Assembly (NCBI RefSeq): GCF_018350175.1
Contig: NC_058382.1
Location: 43,214,001-43,278,000 of the forward strand
Direction: 5' to 3'
DNA from: Felis catus
Taxonomy: Eukaryota
DNA: 64,000 bases
Shown here: positions 37,039-46,800 of the stretch, piece after piece
Position numbering within the stretch: position 1 is the first letter of the stretch
Layout of the letters: the number at the start of each line of letters is the position of its first letter
Program-made: the position numbers and the translations under genes
Notes under the pieces: model-generated
Databases searched by the model: none
What the model saw: only the letters and a program-made list of their open reading frames with translations
Told to the model about the DNA's origin: nothing

Positions 37039-37640
37039 GGGGTGCCTGGGTGGCTCAGTCAGTTAAGCATCTGACTTTGGCTCAGGTCATGATCTCACCG
37101 CTCGTGAGTTTGAGCCCCACGTTGGGTTCTGTGCTTACAGCTCAGAGTCTAGAGCCTGCTTTGGATTCTGTCTCCATCTATCTCTGCCCCTCCCCTGCCT
37201 GCTCGCTCTCGCTCTCTCTCTCAAAAATAAATAAGCATTTAAAAAGACAGAGAGAGATGTTAGGGAGGGGCGCCTGGCTGGCTCAGTTGCTATAGCATGT
37301 GACTCTTCATCTTGGGGTCATGAGTTCAAGCACCATGTTGGGCAGGGAGCCTACTTAAAAAAGGGAGAGAGAAAGAGATGTTGGGGGGGGGGGCGGAATT
37401 AAGAATAGAAGGAGGATGGGGGCGCCTGGGTGGCTCAGTCGGTTGGGTGTCCGACTTCAGCTCAGGTCACGATCTCGTGGTGTGTGAGTTCGAGCCCCGC
37501 GTCGGGCTCTGTGCTGACTGCTCAGAGCCTGGAGCATGTTTCAGATTCTGTGTCTCCCTCTCTCTCTGACCCTCCCCCGTTCATGCTCTGTCTCTGTCTC
37601 AAAAATAAATAAACGTTAAAAAAAATTTTTTTTTTAAAAA
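37039..37640 (+). mobile_element. Three CAN-SINEs (heads at about 37039, 37267, 37419)
   Basis: TSDs agagatgtt(g/a)ggg and aagaatagaaggaggatg. Confidence 0.88.
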
Positions 37641-37721
37641 GAATAGAAGGAGGATGATGGAGAGGAGCATCAGGAATGGGAGCAATGTTGCCTTATTAAC
37701 CTCACCTGTCTCTTCCTGCAG

Positions 37722-37834
37722 TCCTGTCAGTTCTCCATTGGTGGCCACCTGTCCCCATGGCCCACATACACCAGTGGTCAGACCATTCTGCATAATCGAA
37801 AGCCCTGTTCATATGATTACCGGAAACGAGCAGG
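37722..37834 (+). CDS. TSNAXIP1: TSNAXIP1 exon 3 (113 nt)
   Basis: ttcctgcag|SCQFSIGGHLSPWPTYTSGQTILHNRKPCSYDYRKRAG|gtaagc. Confidence 0.9.
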
Positions 37835-37981
37835 GTAAGCCAGGGTCAGCACTGTGGTGGATGGGCTGGTACAGACCCAGCATTGGGCCCAGAGACAGCA
37901 CAGGGGTGTGTGCTGCCCCAGACCAAGGATGCAAGAGCCCCACGGTGTGCCCATCACATCTCATCCCACCATACCCTGCAG

Positions 37982-38108
37982 TAGTTGGCAGCAGCAGCCC
38001 CTGGGCACTACTAAGCCGAGATACCTGGAGCAGCTAGAGAACTACCTACGCAAGGAACTTCTCCTGCTGGACCTGAGCACAGATTCTGCCCAGGAGCTGA
38101 GGTTGCAG
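37982..38108 (+). CDS. TSNAXIP1: TSNAXIP1 exon 4 (127 nt)
   Basis: ccctgcag|SWQQQPLGTTKPRYLEQLENYLRKELLLLDLSTDSAQELRLQ|gtcaga. Confidence 0.92.
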
Positions 38109-38599
38109 GTCAGAGCCACAGAATAACTGTGGGGAGGGCAGGAGGACAGGTGGGAGGAAATTTTACTCACTAGGACTCAGCATTCAGACTTCAGGAGAGA
38201 CTATCCTCTCCCTTCTCTTTTGGGTCCCTATTCCTGGTAAGGGAAACAGGTTCTATGACAAAGTCAGCGAGCAGGCAAAGCTGGAACCAAAACTCTCCTG
38301 AGGCTTGAGTTTCACACCTGAGTCAGGTGAACTGGATGCTGTCTCCAGTTCCTTCAGCTTTGTGACCCCCAGTGCCTAGTTTGGGTTGTTGGACATCAGT
38401 GAATGGAGCCTGAATCCTGGCAATTGGGCAAGCAAGGGTCATATGGTGTTCACCAGCCCAGAGATGACAGACTCAAGCTTGAGGAACTTAGCCCAGACAC
38501 ATAGAGAAACTTAGATGCAGATTAGATTCTGGTACATACTAAGGAGGGAATCACCAAATCCCTGTTCTAACAGGGATGATGACAGGAAATCCCTTACTT

Positions 38600-38800
38600 C
38601 TGACTTAGTCACAGATAGAAACACTTGCTGAGCACCATCTGTGTGCCAGGCCCTGAATGAGGCCTTGTATACAATCTCATAGGCTGAAGGTACCTCATCA
38701 ACAAGGAAGCAGAAGTTCAGAGAAGGCATACAGCTATGAAGTGGTAGGGCTGGGATATGAACTCAGGACTGATTCTAGAGCCTGTGCTAATTCCAGGACA
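38600..38800 (+). mobile_element. MIR fragment
   Basis: ttgctgagcaccatctgtgtgccaggc...gggatatgaactcagg; strand given as read. Confidence 0.55.
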
Positions 38801-39246
38801 TAATGCTGTGCCCCAAAACTTGTGTCCAAATTGGACAGGAAACCACACCTTTACTTGGAGGTGAGAATACAAAGCTAGAGGCTTGAATGTCCTCCTGTCC
38901 TCACCGGTCTGTAAGATGGCAAGGGGATGATGGTGAGAGGCTAACTAAGGCACAGTGCTTGGAGGCTGGCTGCCTGGAGAGCCAAAGTGGGGCTCAGATA
39001 CAGAAGGGACAGCCCTGACCCAGGTCATCTGCTAGCCTTCAGAGATAGCACCAGGAGAACAGCCTCCAGAGAACAGTTGAGAGGGACATAGCTACCCCTC
39101 AGCTTCCTGGCAATGAGCGACCCATGTGGTGCCCAGGGGTATTTATTTGAATGTGGGTCACCAGGTAACTTCATGCTACAATATTTCTAAACTTAAGAGA
39201 GTGGCAGCTATAGGCCAGGAGGTGACAGGTCCCCTTTTCTTGCCAG

Positions 39247-39340
39247 CCTTACAGAGAAATCTTTGAGTTCTTCATAGAGGACTTTAAAACGTACAAGCCA
39301 TTGCTATCTTCCATCAAGAATGCGTATGAGGTGATGCTGG
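39247..39340 (+). CDS. TSNAXIP1: TSNAXIP1 exon 5 (94 nt)
   Basis: ttgccag|PYREIFEFFIEDFKTYKPLLSSIKNAYEVML-A|gtaaga. Confidence 0.92.
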
Positions 39341-39882
39341 GTAAGACTGCAGCCTCTGTGCCTGGGTCCAGTCTGGAAGGCATGGAGAGGATCCAACTCG
39401 TACCTTCTGGGGTTATGCAGCCATGTTGGGCAGCTACTAATTAGGCCTTGAAGTCACCAAGCTTTGCTCAGCCTTTTTGCTTACACTGTCCTGTGATAGA
39501 GCACCTAACCACCTCCTGTCCTTGGGAAGTATGGTAAGAGAGCAACTTCACTATTGAGAGTGAAGCCCAGGAGTAAGTGAGTACCTTTGGGAAGTAGAGG
39601 CTCCCAACCAGGCTTAGGAGGTGCCGGGCATGGTACAACTACAGGACTAAAGGCTATAGAGAGAAAGGGCATAGATGAAACCCCAGTCCTCAACTAGACT
39701 GTGTCTCTGGTTTAAAAGCCAATGCAGGAAGGCCTTAAGCAGGAGCCATGTTTTGAACAAGGCAGTGATAGACTCCTGGAGTTTGCAAGGGACATAGCCA
39801 CTCACTGTTACCTTCGATCAGTGTCTCCTGGCTGTTTGTTCTCCATGGTCCCAAAGGTAGTCTCCCACCTGTCCCTGCTTAG

Positions 39883-40079
39883 CCCACCAGAGGGAGAAGA
39901 TTCGGGCTCTGGAGCCCTTGAAGGCCAAACTTGTCACTGTGAATGAGGACTGCAACGAGAGGATCCTGGCCATGCGGGCTGAGGAGAGATATGAAATCTC
40001 CATGCTGAAGAAAGAGAAGATGAATTTGCTAAAACTCATTGACAAAAAGAACGAGGAGAAGATCTCATTGCAGAGCGAG
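39883..40079 (+). CDS. TSNAXIP1: TSNAXIP1 exon 6 (197 nt)
   Basis: ctgcttag|HQREKIRALEPLKAKLVTVNEDC...KISLQSE|gtgaat. Confidence 0.92.
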
Positions 40080-40488
40080 GTGAATGGGAGTAGTGTGGTG
40101 ACCAGCTCCCTGAATTACTGCTACCTCCAGCCCAGGGGTGACCTGAAGCCTTGGGCACTAAGGTGACCCCTAACTCTCTACCCTTCTGCCTGGAATGATA
40201 TACTGAGCCACCACCTACCTCCAGAGGCCCTCCTTCCACATTCTGTCTTCCTTCTTGGCTTAGCACTGGTTCCATGTGGCCCCAAATGATAGCAGTCCTG
40301 TTTCTTGGCTCCCAGACTTTCTCCACGGGAGGAAGCATTGGCACTTTGTTGGATTCTCAGGAATGGCCAGCCTCCTTCTTTTACCTTTTCTCTTCCCAGG
40401 CCCCGATGTGGCCACCCAGCATCCATCCCATCCCCTTTGATGGCTCGCTAAGTACAGTCCCATGACCACACAGCCACCTTCCCAACAG

Positions 40489-40624
40489 GTGTCCAAACTG
40501 AGGAAGAATTTGGCTGAGGAGTACCTGCACTACCTCAGTGAGCGAGATGCCCGCAAGATCCTCATTGCAGACTTGAATGAGCTGCGGTACCAGCGGGAAG
40601 ACATGTCACTAGCCCAGTCCCCAG
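40489..40624 (+). CDS. TSNAXIP1: TSNAXIP1 exon 7 (136 nt)
   Basis: caacag|VSKLRKNLAEEYLHYLSERDARKILIADLNELRYQREDMSLAQSP-G|gtaagc. Confidence 0.92.
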
Positions 40625-41079
40625 GTAAGCCTGAGGTGGGTTTCTTTCCCCTGAGGAGGCACTAGAGGAGTCTCGCCACTCGTCCCCATTCAACTCTCCT
40701 ACATCTGTTCATTCCATGCCCATTCACAATGCTGGGGGGTGGGGTGGGGTGGGGTGAGGTGGGGATATTCTTGCTGCTGCCTGGGTCTGTGGATCTTCTG
40801 AGCTGGACTGAGAATCATAGACTCCTTGTTTAAGTAGGAAACAATTGTTGGCCGCTGAGGCAACTGAGACTCCCTGAGAGCAGGACAGGTCTGGTACTTC
40901 GTGTCCTGGACTTCTCTGTTTAAGCTCAAAGTTGTAAGATATTAGTGCTGTAGGAAAGACCCAGGGCTTCCCAAGCAGCGAGAGAAGGACCTGGAACAAG
41001 CCCTGAGGAATATTCTAACCCTGCCCTGGGCTACAGGCCTTAGAGTCAGGGTGATGCAAGCTGGCTGATACCCTGACAG

Positions 41080-41249
41080 GCATCTGGGGCGAGGACCCCG
41101 TTAAGTTAACACTGGCTCTGAAGATGACCCGGCAAGACCTGACCCGCACACAGATGGAACTCAACACCATGAAAGCCAACTTTGGAGATGTGGTGCCCAG
41201 GAGGGACTTTGAAATGCAGGAGAAGACCAACAAGGATCTGCAGGAGCAG
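41080..41249 (+). CDS. TSNAXIP1: TSNAXIP1 exon 8 (170 nt)
   Basis: ctgacag|IWGEDPVKLTLALKMTRQDL...KDLQEQ|gtgctg. Confidence 0.92.
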
Positions 41250-41329
41250 GTGCTGGTGGGCAGGCAGGTCAGGCAGGGTAGGGAAGGGTCATGCAGGTGG
41301 GTAGCGAGGATCAATCACCTTGTCCGTAG

Positions 41330-41489
41330 CTGGACAGCCTGAGAGGTGACTATGAAGAGGTCTGCAAGGAGCACGAGATACTGCTACAGTTGCACATGAC
41401 CACACTGAAGGAGCGGGACCAGTTTTATTCTGAGCTCCAGGAGATCCAGCGCACCTCTACACCACGGCCTGACTGGACCAAGTGTGAAG
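41330..41489 (+). CDS. TSNAXIP1: TSNAXIP1 exon 9 (160 nt)
   Basis: tccgtag|LDSLRGDYEEVCKEHE...TPRPDWTKCE-G|gtaatg. Confidence 0.92.
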
Positions 41490-41565
41490 GTAATGATGGC
41501 CATTGGACTCCCAGGGAGTGCTCAACGATGTGGTTTGGACTCCAGCTCCCTCTTCCCACCTGCAG

Positions 41566-41696
41566 GTGTGGTGGCTGGGGGCCCAGATCGCTGGCAAATG
41601 CTGGCCGAGGGCAAAAACAGTGACCAGCTGGTGGATGTGCTCTTGGAGGAGATTGGCGAGGGCCTGCTCCGGGAGAAAGACTTCTTTCCTGGTCTG
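41566..41696 (+). CDS. TSNAXIP1: TSNAXIP1 exon 10 (131 nt)
   Basis: cctgcag|VVAGGPDRWQMLAEGKNSDQLVDVLLEEIG...FFPGL|gtaggg. Confidence 0.92.
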
Positions 41697-41830
41697 GTAG
41701 GGGTCCCTGGGCTTGGGAGGTTTGGGGCCAGAGTCAGAACAGCCAGGCCTTGCTGCTAAGACTTAAGATTCTGGGGAACCATCTTGGGCTCTGCCTGGGC
41801 CCAGAGATGAGCTGACATTCTACCTTGCAG

Positions 41831-41956
41831 GGCTATGGGGAAGCCATCCCCTCTTTCCTTCGATTTGATGGCACTGTGGAGAACAAGAAGCCAACCAAGA
41901 AGGATGTGGTAAACCTACTCAAAGATGCCTGGAAGGAACGTCTTGTTGAGGAGCAG
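41831..41956 (+). CDS. TSNAXIP1: TSNAXIP1 exon 11 (126 nt)
   Basis: cttgcag|GYGEAIPSFLRFDG...WKERLVEEQ|gtcaga. Confidence 0.92.
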
Positions 41957-42087
41957 GTCAGATCTTATGGGCCATTTGGGCCTGGTGTGGCCTTGAGAAT
42001 CCTCCCGGGAATTCCATCAAGGTGTTAGGGGGGAGGGCTAACCCACCATGGGGCAGGGTTACTAAGCAGTCGTCCCCAACCCTGCAG

Positions 42088-42240
42088 AAAGAGAAATTCC
42101 CAGATTTCTTCTTCAATTTCCTGGAGAATCGCTTTGGACCTGGTGATGCCATGGCCTGGGCTTACACCATTTTTGAAAATATCAAGCTCTTCCGTTCTAA
42201 TGAGGTCATGAGCCAGTTCTATGCACTCTTGATGGGAAAG
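42088..42240 (+). CDS. TSNAXIP1: TSNAXIP1 exon 12 (153 nt)
   Basis: cctgcag|KEKFPDFFFNFLENRFG...QFYALLMGK|gtgagg. Confidence 0.92.
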
Positions 42241-42343
42241 GTGAGGTTGGACCTGGCCCTCCACCCTTTGTCCCCACCATAGGCCAGGTCTATCCCTATC
42301 ACTTCAGGAAGCAGCAAGTTAGTCAATGCTTCCTTCCCTGTAG

Positions 42344-42453
42344 AGGAGCGAGAGTGTGTACATCAAGCAGAAGGAGACCGTAGTACAGTTGCTGAAGGAG
42401 ATGACAAATGCTGACAGTCAGAACGAGGGGCTGATAACCATGGAAAACTTAAG
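42344..42453 (+). CDS. TSNAXIP1: TSNAXIP1 exon 13 (110 nt)
   Basis: ccctgtag|RSESVYIKQKETVVQLLKEMTNADSQNEGLITMENL-S|gtgaga. Confidence 0.9.
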
Positions 42454-42665
42454 GTGAGAGGCCAGTCCAGCCACCACAAACTCCTGCCCAACACTTCCTC
42501 TGGCCAGGCTCCCAGGTGTGCAGGGGAAAGGGGAGCCTGACAGGAAGGGCTCACAGCCCCAACACTTGTTGTCCCTTTTGAGCAGTAGTGGGGCTGGCAG
42601 AGTGGTACAGGAAGATAAGTGGGTAGGCCTGAGCCAGGCCTGTTGGCCCTTGTGTCTCCCCATAG

Positions 42666-42792
42666 CACTGTCCTTAAGAGCACCTTCCCCTTCAAGAGGG
42701 AAGAGAGAATCCAGCAGCTGATGGAGGCAGGGGGCTGGCATTCCAACAGTAGCAATGCAGACTTGCTCAACTACCACTCATTGTTTATAGAG
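42666..42792 (+). CDS. TSNAXIP1: TSNAXIP1 exon 14 (127 nt)
   Basis: ccccatag|TVLKSTFPFKREERIQQLMEAGGW...HSLFIE|gtaggt. Confidence 0.92.
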
Positions 42793-42908
42793 GTAGGTAT
42801 GGGTGTGTGTCGGGGAGTGGGAGTTGTCCAGGAACTTGCCCAGCCCTGCCCTGGCCTCTGCTGGACCCCAACCGATGTGTCCTCACCCTGCCTTATGGAC
42901 CCTCCCAG

Positions 42909-43015
42909 GATGAGGAGGGCCAGAGTATGCCCTTTGTGCAAAAGCTGTGGGAACAGTACATGGATGAAAAGGATGAGTACTTACAGGAGCTAAAGCAGGA
43001 GCTGGGCCTGGAACT
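42909..43015 (+). CDS. TSNAXIP1: TSNAXIP1 exon 15 (107 nt)
   Basis: ctcccag|DEEGQSMPFVQKLWEQYMDEKDEYLQELKQELGLE-L|gtgagt. Confidence 0.92.
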
Positions 43016-43220
43016 GTGAGTAACTCCTGAGGTCCTCAGGCCCACTTAGCCAGAGGCATATCCTGCAGGTTGGGCCACAGGGTGGCATCTCATTGCCTTG
43101 GATCTCTCTGTGCACTGAGTTTGTTCCTGGGCACTATATACTGCTCAAGCTCAGCAGAGGACATCTTGGGGTCTGGGGTACAGAAGGGTCAAAGCCTATC
43201 TCTCTTTCTTTGTGGGGTAG

Positions 43221-43461
43221 CCATGATAAAGTAACCCTACCCAAGGTACGTGAAGCCCTGATGAACATTGATCCCGGCCTGGACAAACAGACCCTGAATA
43301 GCTATTTGAGCCAGGCCTTCCAGCTCCCCGTGACAGAACTGCCTGAGGAGGGTGAAGAGAAGGAAGAAGGCATTGTGGAACAGCTCCAGATTGCCCTGGA
43401 ACAGCTTCAGATGATTGACCTCAGGCGCATGGGGGCTCGAGAGCAGGAGCCTGCAAGCTAG
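43221..43461 (+). CDS. TSNAXIP1: TSNAXIP1 exon 16 coding part (241 nt, TAG stop)
   Basis: ggggtag|HDKVTLPKVREALMNIDPGLDKQT...GAREQEPAS*. Confidence 0.92.
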
Positions 43462-43521
43462 GGCTGCTATGGGCAGCCTCAGTGCTCCAGTGCTCTAGTG
43501 CTCCTAACCCCTAACTTTTAG

Positions 43522-43527
43522 TATAAA
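43522..43527 (+). terminator. Probable variant poly(A) signal TATAAA of TSNAXIP1
   Basis: Known PAS variant 61 nt after the stop codon, followed by U/GU-rich sequence; no AATAAA nearby on +. Confidence 0.5.
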
Positions 43528-43649
43528 ATTATTTGTCTGAACCTATTTTCCAGGTTGTGCTGGGGAATTGAGAAGAGGGATGAGTATTGGTCCCGGCCTG
43601 GCTAGCCCCAGGATATGCACCAAAACACAGCACATTCTGTTTGTGACAC

Positions 43650-43655
43650 TTTATT
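43650..43655 (-). terminator. Poly(A) signal AATAAA of CENPT
   Basis: TTTATT on + strand, about 90 nt beyond the CENPT stop, with GU-rich downstream element on - strand. Confidence 0.75.
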
Positions 43656-43745
43656 GATGGTGAGGAGGGATGGGAGGAGACCTGGAAGAATATGTGGGGC
43701 CAAGTGGCCCTAGGTAGGGACTGGGTGAGTGTTGAGGCCTGGCCA

Positions 43746-43869
43746 CTACTGAGCAGGAAAGACAGTGTTACCACTGAATGCACAAGGGATGAGCAGCTGC
43801 CGGTATTCCAGGGGCAGGTGCCGCTCCACAAGCACATGCAAAGAGACTTGGTCGTTGACCAGGCCCTGC
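43746..43869 (-). CDS. CENPT: CENPT coding exon 13 (124 nt, TAG stop)
   Basis: gctacag|QGLVNDQVSLHVLVERHLPLEYRQLLIPCAFSGNTVFPAQ*. Confidence 0.93.
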
Positions 43870-46800
43870 CTGTAGCAGAGGATAGATATAGAATCAGTGT
43901 CAGCACTCCCACATCCAGCACCTCCCTGCTTCTGCCCACTTACCGACGCATCAGCAGTTCCAGGTCCTCTGGTCTCACAGTCTTGCGGCCAGCATGAGCA
44001 GCAAACACCTCCAGGTCGTCACAAAGATGCTGGAAATACTTGTCCAGGCTGCCAAAGAGGGTTGGGGTAGAAAAGACTGAACTGACTGTTCATGATCTGA
44101 GGGGCTCCTCTCCCCACCCCGAGTGTCCAGGACTCACCACTTCTCCACCATTTCAAGAGCCTTCTTCTCCATGGGCATCTTAGCATAGAAGCTGAAGAGT
44201 TTCACATAGTGGTTCAGTCCAGTCTTGTGGGGATCTTGACGGGGCCTGGGGCCAAGGGTTCTGGCCCTGGGAGGAAGCCTGGTCGGTAGAGGCTCCAGAG
44301 GCTCTGAGGATAAGCTGGGGGCAAGAGTGGATAGTTAGCTAAAATGCTACGTGAAGAGGCCCCTAGTCAAAAACAAGTCTTGGGGTGCCTGGGTGACTCA
44401 GTTGGTTGAGCATCCGACTCTTGATCTTGGCTCAGGTCATGATCTCCTGGTTCGTGAGTTCAAGCCCTGAATCAGGCTCTGTGCTGACAGTGTGGAGACT
44501 GCTTGGGGTTCTCTCTCTTGCTCTCAAACAAATAAATTTAAAAACAAAACAAAACACAAAAACAAAACAAAACAAAAGTCTTATTGGCTCCTGCCAAGAC
44601 TAGGGCCCATTTACTCCTTGGCTAACCTGAACCAATAACTCCAACTATGTGCTGAGGGGTAGTGGGGACAGAGGACCACACTGAGGCCTGGTCTTTCCCT
44701 GCAGCCCTGATCCTCCAGTCTGGACCCAATGTCCTAGTCTAGACTTATTACATAAATTGGTACTTGCTCAGGCCCATGATCCTCAGGCCTCTGTATGGAC
44801 AGACATTCCTTCCCTCAGCCCTTTTCTGCCTATTTGATTCTGCTAATCGTCCTCCAGGAAGCCTTCTCTGACTATATACTAACTTAGAAACATCCCCCTA
44901 CCCAGTTTCCTCTCAGAATGTGGAAGCATGCACCAGGATGACAGATGTACTCAGTGAGCCTCACTGAGCCCACCTCAGGGTGCTCTCCTGGGTGATCATC
45001 TGCATACTAATGAGAAGGGGGATAATCCTGTGGTACTCAATGCCAAGCTCAGAAGCCTGCTCCCTTCCCGAGAAGCCCATGCAAAACAAGGTCATAGAAT
45101 CTTACATGGCAGTGCTAGGCGGTGGGGCTGACTCAAGAAACTGAAGTTGCCTGGCCTGAAGAAACTCAGTGGTGCTGGAGGCCAATTCTGGACTTGCTGT
45201 AGAGGAAGGGCAGGATTATAGGGGGCTCACCCAACTCTGAAGACCCACAGCCTCCTTGTCCTGTTTCTCCTACGTCTGGCCCGCCAAGCAACGGGCCCCT
45301 CAGAGTCTCCCTGACCCAAGACTACTTGTGCCCAGAAACACAACCCAGATATACAACTCCTCAGATTAGGGACTGAATGTAGCTGTCACCAAGTCACTCC
45401 CCCATCCCTGCACTGGGACCCTTACCTGTCCTACCAGAGATGTTCTCATCTCCTGAAGATCCCTCTGGCTCCTTGGCCTCAACAGCTTCTGACGTTTCAT
45501 TTCTGTCAGACTTGTCTGTCCTAACAGATCCTTGTGTTCCTGTTGTGTCCTTCACTTCACTCACACTCAAACTTTCCTCCATCCTCTCTTCTGCGTTCTC
45601 ACCAACTCCACCCTGTAAGGGCTCTACTTCATCTTCTCCAGCGATAGCACTGCTGGTGTTTGGGAAGCTCATAGCAAGGGCATCAACCTTCTTTGACTTT
45701 CCTGCCAGAAGTTGGGCTGGTTTTACAGGACCTGAATCAAGGGAGAGAATACAAGTTAGAGAAGGATGTAGCTCAAGGATAAAGTAATAAAATCCACTCT
45801 AGCTCACTGAGGAGAAAAGCCCAGAGGGAGACCCAGGGTACTTGTTTGTGGAGTATCCTGGCCCAACACTAACTCTGCTCTGAGATGTAAGAGGGACCAA
45901 CAGCCAGGGGACTCTGCAGGACACACAAATGGGCCCGAGGAAGGAAAAGCCCACATACTCACTGTGGTTCTGCAGCTTAGGCCCACTCCTCTGTGTCCTG
46001 TGACTGACAGCCTTCTCAGCATCTTTAGCCTCAGTGTAAGAGAGACAGGGCAGGGAGTGGTACACACTGGGGGAATGGCCAACCAAGGGCTGGGAGAAGG
46101 GCTGAGTGTCCTCCAACACGGTGTCGGTTGGCAGGGTAGCAACAGGGGTTCTGAGGCTGTTACCTGGAGATCAAAGGCAGTTGACTCTGTCACCAGGGCC
46201 TGGGCAGTGGACTCCATGAGTCTGCCCCAAGTGACCTTTAGAGAAAACCTCCTAGTATTCTAAGAGAGCTTCCACAGTGATCTTCCTGCTTCTAGGCCTA
46301 ACATTCCCACCCACCACAGCTTGTCCCATCCAAACTGCTCACCCATGCCTCCACTTCTCACTCTGCTCCCTCTACCTGGAATCCTCCTACTCTACTAAAC
46401 TTGTCTTCTGGAAGCAGGCTCCCCAGTCAGTTCTGATTGGCCAGCTGATCCTTAAACCTGAGCCCTATCAATCAATCTCCCCAAAAGCTCCAGTCACCAT
46501 ACCACACCTTTCCTACCCTCAGCCCTCTAGCTTCTCAAGAATGTGGGGCTAAGACTGGGGCTCCATTTAGACAAGGGACATCATGTAGAAAGGAAGCAGA
46601 AACTCTTCATAGACCTACTAGTCAGGCTTGCTCACTGTCCTTGACCTGACAGAGGAGTAATCCTGAACTCAGCATACCTCCCATGGGAGTGGGGGAGCTT
46701 TCCCCACAGGGCAGAAGGAAATCTCAACCTTACCTGGAGAAGCCAAGGCCAGGGAAGTATCTTGCAAATCCTGCAAAAATGCACCCACATCTACAGCTCG

